Shown: in pieces, positions 20,586 to 30,555 of the stretch
Layout of the letters: the number at the start of each line of letters is the position of its first letter
Position numbering within the stretch: the stretch's first letter is position 1
Made by a program: the position numbers and the translations under genes
The notes under the pieces: generated by a model
Databases searched by the model: none
Seen by the model: the letters and a program-made list of their open reading frames with translations, nothing else
What the model was told of the DNA's origin: nothing
DNA from: Spirochaetia bacterium
GTDB lineage: Bacteria > Spirochaetota > Spirochaetia > SZUA-6 > Bin103
Direction: 5' to 3'
Assembly: GCA_965203055.1 (NCBI GenBank)
Contig: OZ241863.1
Coordinates: 832,001-896,000 of the forward strand
DNA length: 64,000 nucleotides

Positions 20586-22331
20586 CTACGCCGCTTCGCA
20601 ATGCACCAGCTCCCAGCCGTGGAAGACCAGCGCCAGTCCGATGAAGCGCACGCCCGGGTACTGCCGCGCCAAGCGCTCGTCCGCCAGATAGCGCGCCAAC
20701 TGCGCGTGCGCCTGCTCGGCCGCGGCCGCGACCGCCGCCTGATCGACCGTCGCAGAGCGTTTGAAGTACTTGAGCTCGAGCAGGTAGCCGAGCCGCAGGT
20801 GCGGGTAGCGGGCCACGAGCGGTTCCAGCGCGATGTCGGCATGCCCCTTGCCCAGCTCCGCCTCCGAGCGGAACTCGTAGTAGTTGGTCACGCTCAGGTA
20901 GGCGCCCAGGAACCCCTGGATCACCTTCTCCCCGGCGATATAGTCCCGAATGCCCGTCTGCCGCGCGATCGCCTCGCTCAGATACTCGAACACCGGCCGC
21001 CACTCGCCTTCGTTCGCCATCCGGATCAGCAACTGCTCGACGCGAAACAGGTTGACCGAGAAGACATCCACGTCGCGGTAGCCGTCGCGCAGAAAGCCGT
21101 ACATCAGCCGCTTCACGGTCTGGTTGGGAATCGCCAGCCGCGGTATGTCCTGCGTCACGCCGCGGATGCTCAACAGCCCGAAGAAGTGCAGCAGCGAGAG
21201 GAAGTTTTCCGGCTCGGCAAGCCGCTCCAGCGGAAAGCTGGGCTGGATCTGGGTGGTGACCTGCTCCTCCCCGATCACGTCCCGCAGCCGATCGAAGTTG
21301 CCGTTCAAGCGCCGGCCGACCACCAGCAGGTGGCGCAGCTTGCCGTAGTCGATGCGCACGTTGGTGTCGATCAGGTACCTGGGCACCTGCCGGTTGGGGA
21401 TGGAGTGGTCCAGATAGTAGAGCACCATGTCGGAGTTGTAGAGGTCGGTGGCCGCTTCCTCGGAGAAGCGGTAGCCGTTGTACCATTCGCCCATGATGCC
21501 CAGCGCGGTCTCGACATCCTGGTTGAAGACGCCCAGGTCGCGGTAGGTCTCCACCAGATGCCGCACCTCCGCCGCGGTGAAGCCGACCATCTCGTTGAAG
21601 TCCGGTTCCAGGCTGATGTTCTTGCCGATGTTGAAGCCGCTGGTGACGTCGTCCATGGTGACCGGCGACACGCCGGTGATGAACAGGCGTTCGAGGCCGC
21701 CGCCGGCGCGGTCGGCGCCGCCCTTGAGGGCGGCGAAGAAGTTGCGGTAGAAGCCGCCGCCGTGGGTAAAGGAGTGGTACGCCTCGGCGCCGTGGTAGGC
21801 CAGCACGGTGTTGGCGAAGTTGTCGTACTCGTCGATCAGCACGTACAGCGGGATGTCGTGGTCGCCCGCGTACCGGAACAGCGCGGAAAGCCGCTCGGCG
21901 ATGGACGGCGGCGCGAGGATGCGCTGCAATGCCGCTTCGGGAAACAGGTCGGGATGCCGTTCCAGCGTCCCCCGCAGTTCGATGAAGCAGTAGCCTTCGA
22001 AGCGCTGTTCGAGCGTTTCGAGCTTGTCGTCGACCATCGAGAAGTTGAAGCGCAGGGTGACGTAGCGGCTGCGTTCCTCGGTCGGGCTGCGCCCGATGTC
22101 GGTGCCGGCGAACGTGGCGTCGAAGCGGTCGGCCCAGAAGCGGTCGTAGTAGCACTCCAGCAGCGCCACCCACAGCGACTTGCCGAAGCGGCGCGGGCGG
22201 ATCAGGAAGGCGTAGCGCTTCTGCTCCAGGCGCCGCAGGAAGCGGGTCTTGTCGACGTACAGCCACCGGTTCAAGCGGATGCGGCTGAATGACGCCTCGC
22301 CGTAGGGAATGCGCGGGTAGTCGGGGACCAT
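20586..22331 (-). CDS. AAA-ATPase-like + C-terminal PD-(D/E)XK (PDDEXK_9-type) protein
   Basis: YVDKT, RPRRFGKS, IDEYD, FITGV, IPN, GHADI...LELK. Confidence 0.88.
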   Translation of the reverse strand: MVPDYPRIPYGEASFSRIRLNRWLYVDKTRFLRRLEQKRYAFLIRPRRFGKSLWVALLECYYDRFWADRFDATFAGTDIGRSPTEERSRYVTLRFNFSMVDDKLETLEQRFEGYCFIELRGTLERHPDLFPEAALQRILAPPSIAERLSALFRYAGDHDIPLYVLIDEYDNFANTVLAYHGAEAYHSFTHGGGFYRNFFAALKGGADRAGGGLERLFITGVSPVTMDDVTSGFNIGKNISLEPDFNEMVGFTAAEVRHLVETYRDLGVFNQDVETALGIMGEWYNGYRFSEEAATDLYNSDMVLYYLDHSIPNRQVPRYLIDTNVRIDYGKLRHLLVVGRRLNGNFDRLRDVIGEEQVTTQIQPSFPLERLAEPENFLSLLHFFGLLSIRGVTQDIPRLAIPNQTVKRLMYGFLRDGYRDVDVFSVNLFRVEQLLIRMANEGEWRPVFEYLSEAIARQTGIRDYIAGEKVIQGFLGAYLSVTNYYEFRSEAELGKGHADIALEPLVARYPHLRLGYLLELKYFKRSATVDQAAVAAAAEQAHAQLARYLADERLARQYPGVRFIGLALVFHGWELVHCEAA

Positions 22332-22393
22332 GGTCACTGCTACCGCCGGAACGCATCGCCTCGGGCCGAAATCGGTCATCTCAATCCCGCAAT

Positions 22394-25300
22394 CTACAGT
22401 GTAACCGCTTCATAAAGTAACCGCTCCGCTCTGTGTACGCGCGCTCTCTTCAAAATAAATTTTTCGACATGTTGTGACATCTCAAGTAATTCTCTCTCCG
22501 AGAGCTCTCTCATAGTAGAGTCCTGAGATAGCCCAAGTGAGTTCCACGATGTTCCAAGGACAATTCCGCTCGCTTCGGATAGAATGCTTCGGTCATGTAT
22601 CGGTGATTTCCCAGAGGTCTCCAGTCCTACGACAACAATTTCGGCTTTCGGTGGAGTCTGGTCAGAGATGGTCTTCCATCCAGATCTGTAGGATTCAGAC
22701 AGCGACCTGATCGCACTTCGTTGATGACAATGTCGGCTGGTAAGCACAGTTATCTCAATATCTGGAACCGCTGATTGTATCAACATAAGTAGCTTTAGAT
22801 CAGTCGGTCGAAAATACTGATCACAAATGTAAAGATGACCGGAAGCCGATCGCCGCAACCACCGACTCAAAAAATCCTCCGCACGCCTTCTTTCACCGCT
22901 CCGTATGACCAAAGTCCCGTCGCTCGGTGTTACACGTAACGCTGACGCAGGTCGTCGGACGTTGATTGAAGCGCTTGTGGCCGCTAGTTCCACCAACTCT
23001 GTAGCGCTCATTGTGCCCTCAAAAATCAAGCGAATCACGGAACGAGAATCGCGAGACCCGGAGGACCGGCGTGCCACATTTTCAATGGCCCAAGCCAGAA
23101 TCGGAAACCCGTCCCGAAGCGCACACCGTCCGGCATACCGCAGCGCCGGCCTGAGTTGGTCCATAGCCAAAGTAGTCATTCGTCCAGCATTTAGAGAGCC
23201 AAGAGCAAGCCAGGCCGAACTAGGTAGATCTGGATAACCTGACTCCGATCCTTCCCATGATTCCAGTCCATCGACAATCGCTTTCTTTTTGCGCAAAATA
23301 TCCACGCGACGTTTCATCTCCTCACGAGCCATCGTACGGGCCGGATCGTCGTCCATAAGTGGAACAAGTGAAGCAGCGAAGTCCGCATCGATCTTAAAGG
23401 CCGTGTCTATTATCTCTCTGGTAATACGGCCTCCTGAGCTATCCCCAGCAGATTGGAATCCGGTGATGGCCTCTCTAAGACATTCTCGCGCAAGACGTGG
23501 GCTCCTCCGAACCATCATCCCTGCCAAATCGTTCAACCGCGCGAGTCGATCATAATTACAAGGGATCGCCCGAGCGTCCTCGATCGCATCTTCAAACAAC
23601 GACTCGACACGGTCCGACATCGAAGCCGGAAGTATCTTGCCGATTATGGCCGCTACATATGAACTGTCGGATTTGTTCGGAATGCGCTTTGCACGGTCTA
23701 TGGCTGTGTCCCACGATTTTCTAGGAGCCCGTACAATTCTGAGAAGCTGTGCGTCACTTGCGATCTTGAAACCGTCATGTTGGATATTGTCTTGATCTGG
23801 AAACTTCCGACCAGCAATCTCATTTATCATACTAACGAGGCGCGCCTGCTGCTGCCGAGAAAACCTGTTATTCGGGCCCTTGGACACAAGCGTATCTGCA
23901 AGCGCCACGATCAATGAATACACCAAACTATCGAGGTGAATCTCGCCTGCGAGTTCGGCTACGTCAATAGCATCCTGAAATGTGATCGAATAACCGCTCT
24001 CGTGTTCCTCGTATGGATCCGATGGAATGTGTTTCCCGAGTGTAAATTTGGCGCACGTCATAAGCGCGGAGTCTCTGTCGTGGCTCTCCAACGCACTAAA
24101 GGACTGCATTGCCGTAGTTTTGTGACTCCGAAACAGTGCTGGTGAAACAGCTATGATAGTGCTGCTCTTTGTCGGCCCTTCGGGTATTGAGTCTAACAGC
24201 GGCGTAACGTGTTCATATACTATTCGGTCGCCCTCATCAGAACGAGATTTTAGGTATAAGTGCATAGCTAGTTCGCCCCAAAGTTGGGCCTGCATAGAAG
24301 TATTGGGAAGTCGCTCTATTAGCTCTCCCAATCTTGATATGTCATTCTCGGCATCATACCCGTGACCGAGCTGGCCTGCGAAAGCGCGCATTGAAAGCCG
24401 CAGACACGCTTGAAAGGTCCACTCAGACGAGAAAGAAGATAGCGCCATCGTTCTGCGACTTTCGTCTGCGTCGCGGAGATATTCTTTTGCTTGTGCCGGA
24501 AGCCAGTTCGCAAATGCGCGAGCGAGACGAAATCGCACGTCGATTTCGATCCAACCGGAATCGAGATCGTTAAGTGTACGTTTGATCTGGCGAGATAGAT
24601 CGGTCTGTATATCTTCTGCATATATACCCTTTTCTGACAACGCATAGAGCAAACATAGCACGCGACACTTTTCTGTCGGACCAGAAACGGAGAAAAAGAC
24701 GTCACGGAATATCTCAAATCCACGCTCTGCAACGGAGGTCTTCCCCTCCGAAGCCTCTCGCACCAGATACTCGGCAACCGAAGCGGCGGCATGATCTCGA
24801 GAGTCGGACATATGGAGTAGTCCACACGCGTTACGAACAGCACTAAGGTCAACGCGTACCGTCTCGTTTTCCAGCGTGGCGTCTATCGCAAGTAGTCGAG
24901 CCTCCTCGCGACGGGATAACGTGTTTAGACGCCCTGCAAGAGCAAAGGCTTGATTCGGGTCGAAGGAGGCAAGCGCGTCTATGACTCTACGAGTAACATC
25001 GACTTGATACGCAGTATGTGCCAATAAGTCCGAAATTGATGCATTCATCGCTTCAATAGAAAGAGACTTTAGATGTTCTCTATCCTCAATTTCTCCGGAC
25101 GAGTCGATTGTCTGTAATGTCGATAGTAGCCAAGCAAAGCAACTCGATTTCGTCGAACTATCTATCAACTCGTCAATCGTCAGATAGACCTCTACTAGTC
25201 GGTTAGCACACGCTTCCTTATCGTATAGCGATTCTGCGAACGCGAGGTTCAACTGCATCCTCACTGCTTCTTCCGTCGGTCCTTGATCCTCAACAGTTGT

Positions 25301-27301
25301 ACGCTGTCCGTCGAACGATCTCACCAAAGATCTCGCCATCACCGAGTCTTCTACATGTGTCAATGAGGTTGAGAGCTCTCGAAGAACCCGCACGTTAGGG
25401 GCGTAATCAGTAGCCTCGACGATAGTCTCTAGCCCATACGCCGCTACGTCTACTGCATCGCCTCTCTTAGAATGCTCTAGAGACCACTTTCTCAAAACGT
25501 ACAGTTTGTCGGAGGTGGTCTCTAGTCTCTTAGCCTCCGCAATGACTTCCGCCGCTGTTTGAACGTTGCCGAACAGAGTAGAAGTATATCCTCGCAACTT
25601 TGGATCCTTGATACGTTTCCTAATTTTCTCAAGGTCGTCTTTATCATCATTTAGCCTGATTTGGCGTACCGCGGTCGCTATCGACAGTCGCAAGTACGCT
25701 ATATCCAGTTCGTTCTCGTGGTCGTTTTCTTGAGAACTGCGTTCAATCAACTTGATCGATAGATCCGGGAAACAAGGAAAAAGGTCAGCCGCAATGTCGA
25801 TCGCTTTATCATTAAACCCTAATGTGTTAACTTGGCCAAAAAGTAGCTTAATTTGATCTACAATATCGTCGCTAACTGGCATTCCTAATTCCTTCTCGCA
25901 ACGAGCTATTACTGCAAGCAGATGAAGCCGATCCTCTCGTAGTGGACAGTTGGCCGCAAGCGACAGGGCCTTTTCAATCTGATCAGTGGTAACTAACGCT
26001 TCGACCTCAGAACGGGATACTTGTGAGGTCTCGATCTCCCTGATCGCGCTACTTCCCAATCCGAAGCGTATGAGAGAACCATCATCACGACGCTGAGTAG
26101 ATACGTCTATACCAATCCGGAATTGTTTCCGAAGAGGAGCAAAAGACTCGGCCTTCTTCAAAGCATTTGAAAAATAGTCTGGTGAGAGAAAGGAAATAAC
26201 CTCCTTGGATCGACCTGACTCCTGAAGGTAAGTGGGAAGGCGATCGGCAGCATCGCTGCCTCCCGTGTCCAAAAGATGACCAACAAGCTTACCGATGACG
26301 TCTCCCTTACGATTCGACAACCTGTTGACCGCAAAGTCTGCGAAAGTGTGAGAGATAAACGACACATAGGAGGCGCTATCCAGTTGAAGAAATGGTATGT
26401 TTCGTAATCGTGACAAAAGCGACCTATCGTCAGATTTCAGAATTGCCGAAAGAGAATCAATAGTCAATCGGTGGCGCGAATGCGCAATTATCGCTACCAT
26501 TTCCTCAGAACGTTCGTCGGTTACGGCGTTCCGCCACTCCTGTTCAAAGAGACCTTTAATGCTCAGGCCTTGTAGATGCTCAAGGTCTATACCAGCAAGC
26601 AAGCTGCGCCGAATGCTTGACAGATTGGCAGGCACACCTTTTCTACACTCCTGGTAGACCTGCTTGACATCAGCGTCGGTTAGACTGAGATCGACTAGAT
26701 ACTGACGGACTTCCATCAGCGAAAAGTTGACAGTCTGAATGATCTTCGTTCGTCGACTGTTCGCAAGTCGAGATGGAAGCGACTTAGCCTCGCCAGATAC
26801 GATCACCGGGAAGCCTTGACCAATCGGGAGAAGGTTGGTAACTTCGCTCATTATAACGTCGTCGGTGATGTCCGTTAGTCCATCCAAGAGGAAGTAGTAA
26901 GTTGCGGCTCCTCGACGACGTTTGAGATTGTGGATGATTCTTTGCAGGACACCGTCTCCTGCTCGTTCTGGTGTGGATGATTTTCTTGGTTCCAATATAG
27001 ACAGTATCTGCGCAGTATAGTCGCGTATTAGCGTGGAATGGTCATAGTTATAGCGTGGATCAGGTGTAACGAACGAAGAAATCGATCTCGTCGGATAACG
27101 TCTTGCAAATTGCGATAGAAGTGTTGTCTTGCCGGTACCCTGGTCTCCTTCAAGTACAAGTAAATCAACCGGTCCAGAGAACATTCTTTCAAATGTGTCG
27201 AGTAGGTGATCGCGGTCAATTTCACAATCGGGCTGATTTGGAAATGTAGCGCACAATTCATGGAGCTTCGGTTGTTGAACCATCTGGTAGTCGTGCATCA
27301 T
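22394..27301 (-). CDS. 1635-aa P-loop NTPase (STAND-like) + helical repeats + C-terminal PLD-like domain; candidate defence protein
   Basis: GDQGTGKT Walker A; FLLDG Walker B; long helical region; ICDQYF...IHDRSIL...GTSWNSLG; GC clearly below flanks. Confidence 0.75.
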   Translation of the reverse strand: MMHDYQMVQQPKLHELCATFPNQPDCEIDRDHLLDTFERMFSGPVDLLVLEGDQGTGKTTLLSQFARRYPTRSISSFVTPDPRYNYDHSTLIRDYTAQILSILEPRKSSTPERAGDGVLQRIIHNLKRRRGAATYYFLLDGLTDITDDVIMSEVTNLLPIGQGFPVIVSGEAKSLPSRLANSRRTKIIQTVNFSLMEVRQYLVDLSLTDADVKQVYQECRKGVPANLSSIRRSLLAGIDLEHLQGLSIKGLFEQEWRNAVTDERSEEMVAIIAHSRHRLTIDSLSAILKSDDRSLLSRLRNIPFLQLDSASYVSFISHTFADFAVNRLSNRKGDVIGKLVGHLLDTGGSDAADRLPTYLQESGRSKEVISFLSPDYFSNALKKAESFAPLRKQFRIGIDVSTQRRDDGSLIRFGLGSSAIREIETSQVSRSEVEALVTTDQIEKALSLAANCPLREDRLHLLAVIARCEKELGMPVSDDIVDQIKLLFGQVNTLGFNDKAIDIAADLFPCFPDLSIKLIERSSQENDHENELDIAYLRLSIATAVRQIRLNDDKDDLEKIRKRIKDPKLRGYTSTLFGNVQTAAEVIAEAKRLETTSDKLYVLRKWSLEHSKRGDAVDVAAYGLETIVEATDYAPNVRVLRELSTSLTHVEDSVMARSLVRSFDGQRTTVEDQGPTEEAVRMQLNLAFAESLYDKEACANRLVEVYLTIDELIDSSTKSSCFAWLLSTLQTIDSSGEIEDREHLKSLSIEAMNASISDLLAHTAYQVDVTRRVIDALASFDPNQAFALAGRLNTLSRREEARLLAIDATLENETVRVDLSAVRNACGLLHMSDSRDHAAASVAEYLVREASEGKTSVAERGFEIFRDVFFSVSGPTEKCRVLCLLYALSEKGIYAEDIQTDLSRQIKRTLNDLDSGWIEIDVRFRLARAFANWLPAQAKEYLRDADESRRTMALSSFSSEWTFQACLRLSMRAFAGQLGHGYDAENDISRLGELIERLPNTSMQAQLWGELAMHLYLKSRSDEGDRIVYEHVTPLLDSIPEGPTKSSTIIAVSPALFRSHKTTAMQSFSALESHDRDSALMTCAKFTLGKHIPSDPYEEHESGYSITFQDAIDVAELAGEIHLDSLVYSLIVALADTLVSKGPNNRFSRQQQARLVSMINEIAGRKFPDQDNIQHDGFKIASDAQLLRIVRAPRKSWDTAIDRAKRIPNKSDSSYVAAIIGKILPASMSDRVESLFEDAIEDARAIPCNYDRLARLNDLAGMMVRRSPRLARECLREAITGFQSAGDSSGGRITREIIDTAFKIDADFAASLVPLMDDDPARTMAREEMKRRVDILRKKKAIVDGLESWEGSESGYPDLPSSAWLALGSLNAGRMTTLAMDQLRPALRYAGRCALRDGFPILAWAIENVARRSSGSRDSRSVIRLIFEGTMSATELVELAATSASINVRRPASALRVTPSDGTLVIRSGERRRAEDFLSRWLRRSASGHLYICDQYFRPTDLKLLMLIQSAVPDIEITVLTSRHCHQRSAIRSLSESYRSGWKTISDQTPPKAEIVVVGLETSGKSPIHDRSILSEASGIVLGTSWNSLGLSQDSTMRELSERELLEMSQHVEKFILKRARVHRAERLLYEAVTL

Positions 27302-27499
27302 CTTTCTCTTGTTAGGGCCTTGCGATTATGTAAGTCGCCCAATATCCACATTCTACGGAACAAGACCGCCATGCCAGGATCGGAGTGTGGCTATTCGGCA
27401 CAGAGTCTGCCATTGAATCTGCGAATCTGAGGGTCGGCTATCCGCGGCGGCGGTACGGGGAGGTGGAATCCACGCAGGTGCGGCAATCGAAGCACCGAT

Positions 27500-27758
27500 A
27501 CAGCGCACTATATGTACTGTCACGTACTGCCCGCTCCTCGTCCAGGTATAGCAACGAGTCCCGCTCCGTCAACGGCGGCGGCGGTCGGTAACGGTACGCT
27601 GTCTGGCTGCGTGCGCCACGCAAACCCACTCCGGAAGGGGGGCTATCATCGCGACCGGCGAGGTCCGATCGAGAACGGTCACCGACTCTCCCGCCCGCAC
27701 CCCGGCGCAACTCAGCGCTCAGCGTGGCCTTGAGGCTGGCGGTGGTGATGGTACGCAT
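27500..27758 (-). pseudogene. Frameshifted Phd/YefM-type antitoxin remnant
   Basis: MRTITTASLKATLSAELRR then, after removing one G, VRAGESVTVLDRTSPVAMIAP; DSLLYLDEER tail in another frame. Confidence 0.55.
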
Positions 27759-27827
27759 GTGACCATTACATGACCAACAGGTGATCCACGTCAAGCGGCA
27801 GGTGTGCTCCTGTCCCTGCCGGCGCAG

Positions 27828-29350
27828 GGGCGCACTTCCAATTTGTAGGTAGGCCCAAATAGAGAAGCCCTCCCAGCGACAGGTGATGTAACATCAGGCC
27901 GTCACTGGGAGGGCAACATATGTGTGATTCATTGGTAACCGAGATTCTCAACTACTGCAAGGCCACCTGTGGTCTCGAACTGGGCCGCGCTAGCGGTCCC
28001 CACGACCTGTTGCGGGCAGAACTGAGTCTCCTCAAGTGCTTGGTGCGCCTGTGCCGCGCCGCCATGGTGGAGTGGTTCAAGGAACTGGGCCGCGATTACC
28101 GCGGCGCCACGGTCCAGCGCAACGGGGTGTCGTATCGGTTTGTCGGCCACCGCTCCAAGACCCTGCACGGACTGTTCGGGACGGTACCCTACGAACGGGC
28201 CTACTACGCCAGCGGTAGCGGCCAGGGCTGGGCGCCGTTGGATGAGCGGCTCGGCATCAAGCGCGGCCATACGCCGGGCTGCCAGTACTTTCTGAGTCAG
28301 TTCGTAGCGCGCCAGGCGCACGCAGAGAGTCTGCGGCAGTTTCACGAGGTGTTCCGCGCCGACGGCGGGGAGCTGGTGTCGGAGAAGAAGGCGTTCACGA
28401 TGGTGCAGGAGGTAACGGAGGGGTTGGAACGGCAGCGCCAGCAGGAGGTGGACAACTACCAGCAGACTGCGGCGGGGCCGGAGCTGCACGAGCCGATTGG
28501 CGGGACGGTGGCGGTATGCATCGACGCGGGGAAGGTGCCGGTGCGCGGCAAGGAGCGGGTAGATGATGCCGGGAAGAAGCGCTACGAGCGGGAGTACCGG
28601 GACGCCAAGGTGGCGGTGGTGGCGGCGGTGGAGTGGGACGCTGAGGAGCAGGAGGCGCAGTGCAGCAGCAAGCCGAGCTACGTGGCGGCGAGCGAGCATG
28701 CCGACCAGTTCTTCCCGCGCATCGAAGTGGAGCTGAAACGGCGCTGCGGCGAGGGGGCGGCGCGGCAACTGGTAGTGCTGGCCGACGGGGCGGGATGGAT
28801 TTGGGATCGGGCGGAGACCTGGGCGGCAGGGGGGCTGCGGGTGTGGTACATCCTGGATTTCTGGCACGCCTGCGAGCATCTCGCGGAGGCGAGTCGGAGC
28901 GTCTACGGGGAGAGGAGCAAGCAGGCAGAGGAATGCTTTCGGAGGTGGCGGACGATGCTGCGCGGCAGTCGGGCGGGGGAAGTGATAGAGGAGCTGGAGG
29001 AGTTGCGCGACGGCGGGGGGTTGAGTGCCCGGCAGCGGCACGAGGTGCAGGGGGAGATCAACTACTTGAAGAGCAACCAGGGACGGATGGACTACCGGCG
29101 GTACCGGCGGGAGGGGCTGCCGATCGGCAGTGGGGCGGTGGAGAGTACGTGCAAGAACATGGTGGGGGCGCGGCTGAAGGGGAGCGGGATGATCTGGTCG
29201 TTGGGAGGGGCGCAGGGGATGCTGCAGCTCTGCACCTCGGTGAAGAGCGGGCGGTTCAAAAGGGACTACGCGAGCCTGCTGTCCGCCTCGGTGCCGCAGG
29301 AGGCCCAGCCACAGGCCGCCTGACGCTACCTACGTTTTGGAAGTGCGCCC
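27828..29350 (+). mobile_element. ISKra4/ISLre2-like insertion sequence
   Basis: TIRs GGGCGCACTTCCAATTTGTAGGTAG vs GGGCGCACTTCCAAAACGTAGGTAG; direct repeat CGGCGCAG at 27820-27827 and 29351-29358. Confidence 0.9.
27920..29323 (+). CDS. ISKra4-family DDE transposase
   Basis: CIDAGKV, LADGAGWI, LDFWHACEH, IGSGAVES motifs. Confidence 0.88.
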   Translation: MCDSLVTEILNYCKATCGLELGRASGPHDLLRAELSLLKCLVRLCRAAMVEWFKELGRDYRGATVQRNGVSYRFVGHRSKTLHGLFGTVPYERAYYASGSGQGWAPLDERLGIKRGHTPGCQYFLSQFVARQAHAESLRQFHEVFRADGGELVSEKKAFTMVQEVTEGLERQRQQEVDNYQQTAAGPELHEPIGGTVAVCIDAGKVPVRGKERVDDAGKKRYEREYRDAKVAVVAAVEWDAEEQEAQCSSKPSYVAASEHADQFFPRIEVELKRRCGEGAARQLVVLADGAGWIWDRAETWAAGGLRVWYILDFWHACEHLAEASRSVYGERSKQAEECFRRWRTMLRGSRAGEVIEELEELRDGGGLSARQRHEVQGEINYLKSNQGRMDYRRYRREGLPIGSGAVESTCKNMVGARLKGSGMIWSLGGAQGMLQLCTSVKSGRFKRDYASLLSASVPQEAQPQAA

Positions 29351-29358
29351 CGGCGCAG

Positions 29359-29457
29359 GAGGTTGCTGCCGGTGCCGCATCCGGACTAAGGATTGCCAAA
29401 CGATACCAGGTCCGCGCGGCGCGCGCGTTCCTGCAACGGATCGGAGTAACTCCATGA
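29359..29457 (+). pseudogene. hicA: 3' remnant of HicA toxin
   Basis: PHP..AKRYQVRAARAFLQRIGVTP* ending in an ATGA overlap with hicB. Confidence 0.6.
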
Positions 29458-29726
29458 GCAGCACCATGACCTACAAAGGCTATTCGGCGCGGATCGAATA
29501 TGACGACACGGACGGCATCTTCACGGGACGGATCGCGGGCATTCGCGATGGCGCAGGATTTCACGCCGAATCGGTGGGCGCGTTGCGGGCCGCCTTTCAC
29601 GAGGCGGTCGATGATTACCTCGACACCTGCGGCAGGATCGGAAGAGAGCCGCAGAAGGCCTACGCCGACCGCGAGGTTCCCGGCCGCGCTGCGAGCGAGC
29701 GCCGGTCGCCCGACCCCGCAGGGTGA
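29454..29726 (+). pseudogene. hicB: HicB antitoxin, apparently lacking the C-terminal RHH domain
   Basis: MTYKGYSARIEYD...FHEAVDDYL...EPQKAY, then unrelated tail. Confidence 0.7.
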
Positions 29727-29869
29727 CCGGGCAGGTCCCGCGGCCCGGCGCAGCCGCCCGCGCCGCCGCCCGCCACCCGCCACCCGTCGCCCCCGGGCCG
29801 TCGCCGCCGGCCCGGCGCAGGGAACGTTGACAGGCGGCGCGCCGGTCCCTACGGTAGCGGTGAGGGGAC

Positions 29870-30526
29870 ATGGCGATGTTGAGATTCGCGGAAGAGATCA
29901 TGCTGCTCCTGCTCGATGACGAGGGCGGGAGTTTCGTAGGGGTGCCGGAGTCGTCGCTGCAGTGCGCTCTGGCGGGCGCGGTGCTGATGGACCTGGCGCT
30001 GGAAAACCGGATCGACACCGATCCGCAACAGCTTCTGCTGATCGATGCGGCTCCGGTGGGGGACGACCTGCTCGACCCGACGCTGCAACGCATCGCGCAG
30101 GCTACCGAGACCAGCGACGCCCGCTACTGGGTGGAGCGCATCTCGGAGGATGCCGGCTACATCCGCGAGGCGGTCCTCCGGCGTCTCATCGAACGCGGCA
30201 TCCTGCAGCGCCGGGAGGATCGCTTCCTTTGGGTATTCCGGTCACGGCGCTATCCGATGATCGACGGCAAGGCGGAGCGCGAGGTCAAGCTGCGGATCAT
30301 GGAGGTGTTGTTCAGCGACGTGATCCCCGACCCGCGCGACGTCGTCATCATCTGCCTGGCGGATGCCTGCGGCCTGTTCCGCGAGCTGCTGTCGCGGCGG
30401 GAGCGGCAACACGCCGAGGAGCGCATCGAACAGGTACGCAAGCTCGACCTGATCGGGCAGGCGGTGTCGCAGGCGGTGTGGGAAATCGAAGCCTCGATCG
30501 CCCTCGCCATGCGGCCAATAGTCTGA
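29870..30526 (+). CDS. GOLPH3/Vps74 (GPP34) family protein
   Basis: AEEIMLLLLDD..G, ALAGAVLMDLALENRI, LWVFRSRRYP motifs. Confidence 0.85.
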   Translation: MAMLRFAEEIMLLLLDDEGGSFVGVPESSLQCALAGAVLMDLALENRIDTDPQQLLLIDAAPVGDDLLDPTLQRIAQATETSDARYWVERISEDAGYIREAVLRRLIERGILQRREDRFLWVFRSRRYPMIDGKAEREVKLRIMEVLFSDVIPDPRDVVIICLADACGLFRELLSRRERQHAEERIEQVRKLDLIGQAVSQAVWEIEASIALAMRPIV

Positions 30527-30555
30527 ACCAACGGTTCAGGCGGGGAGGAACGGCC

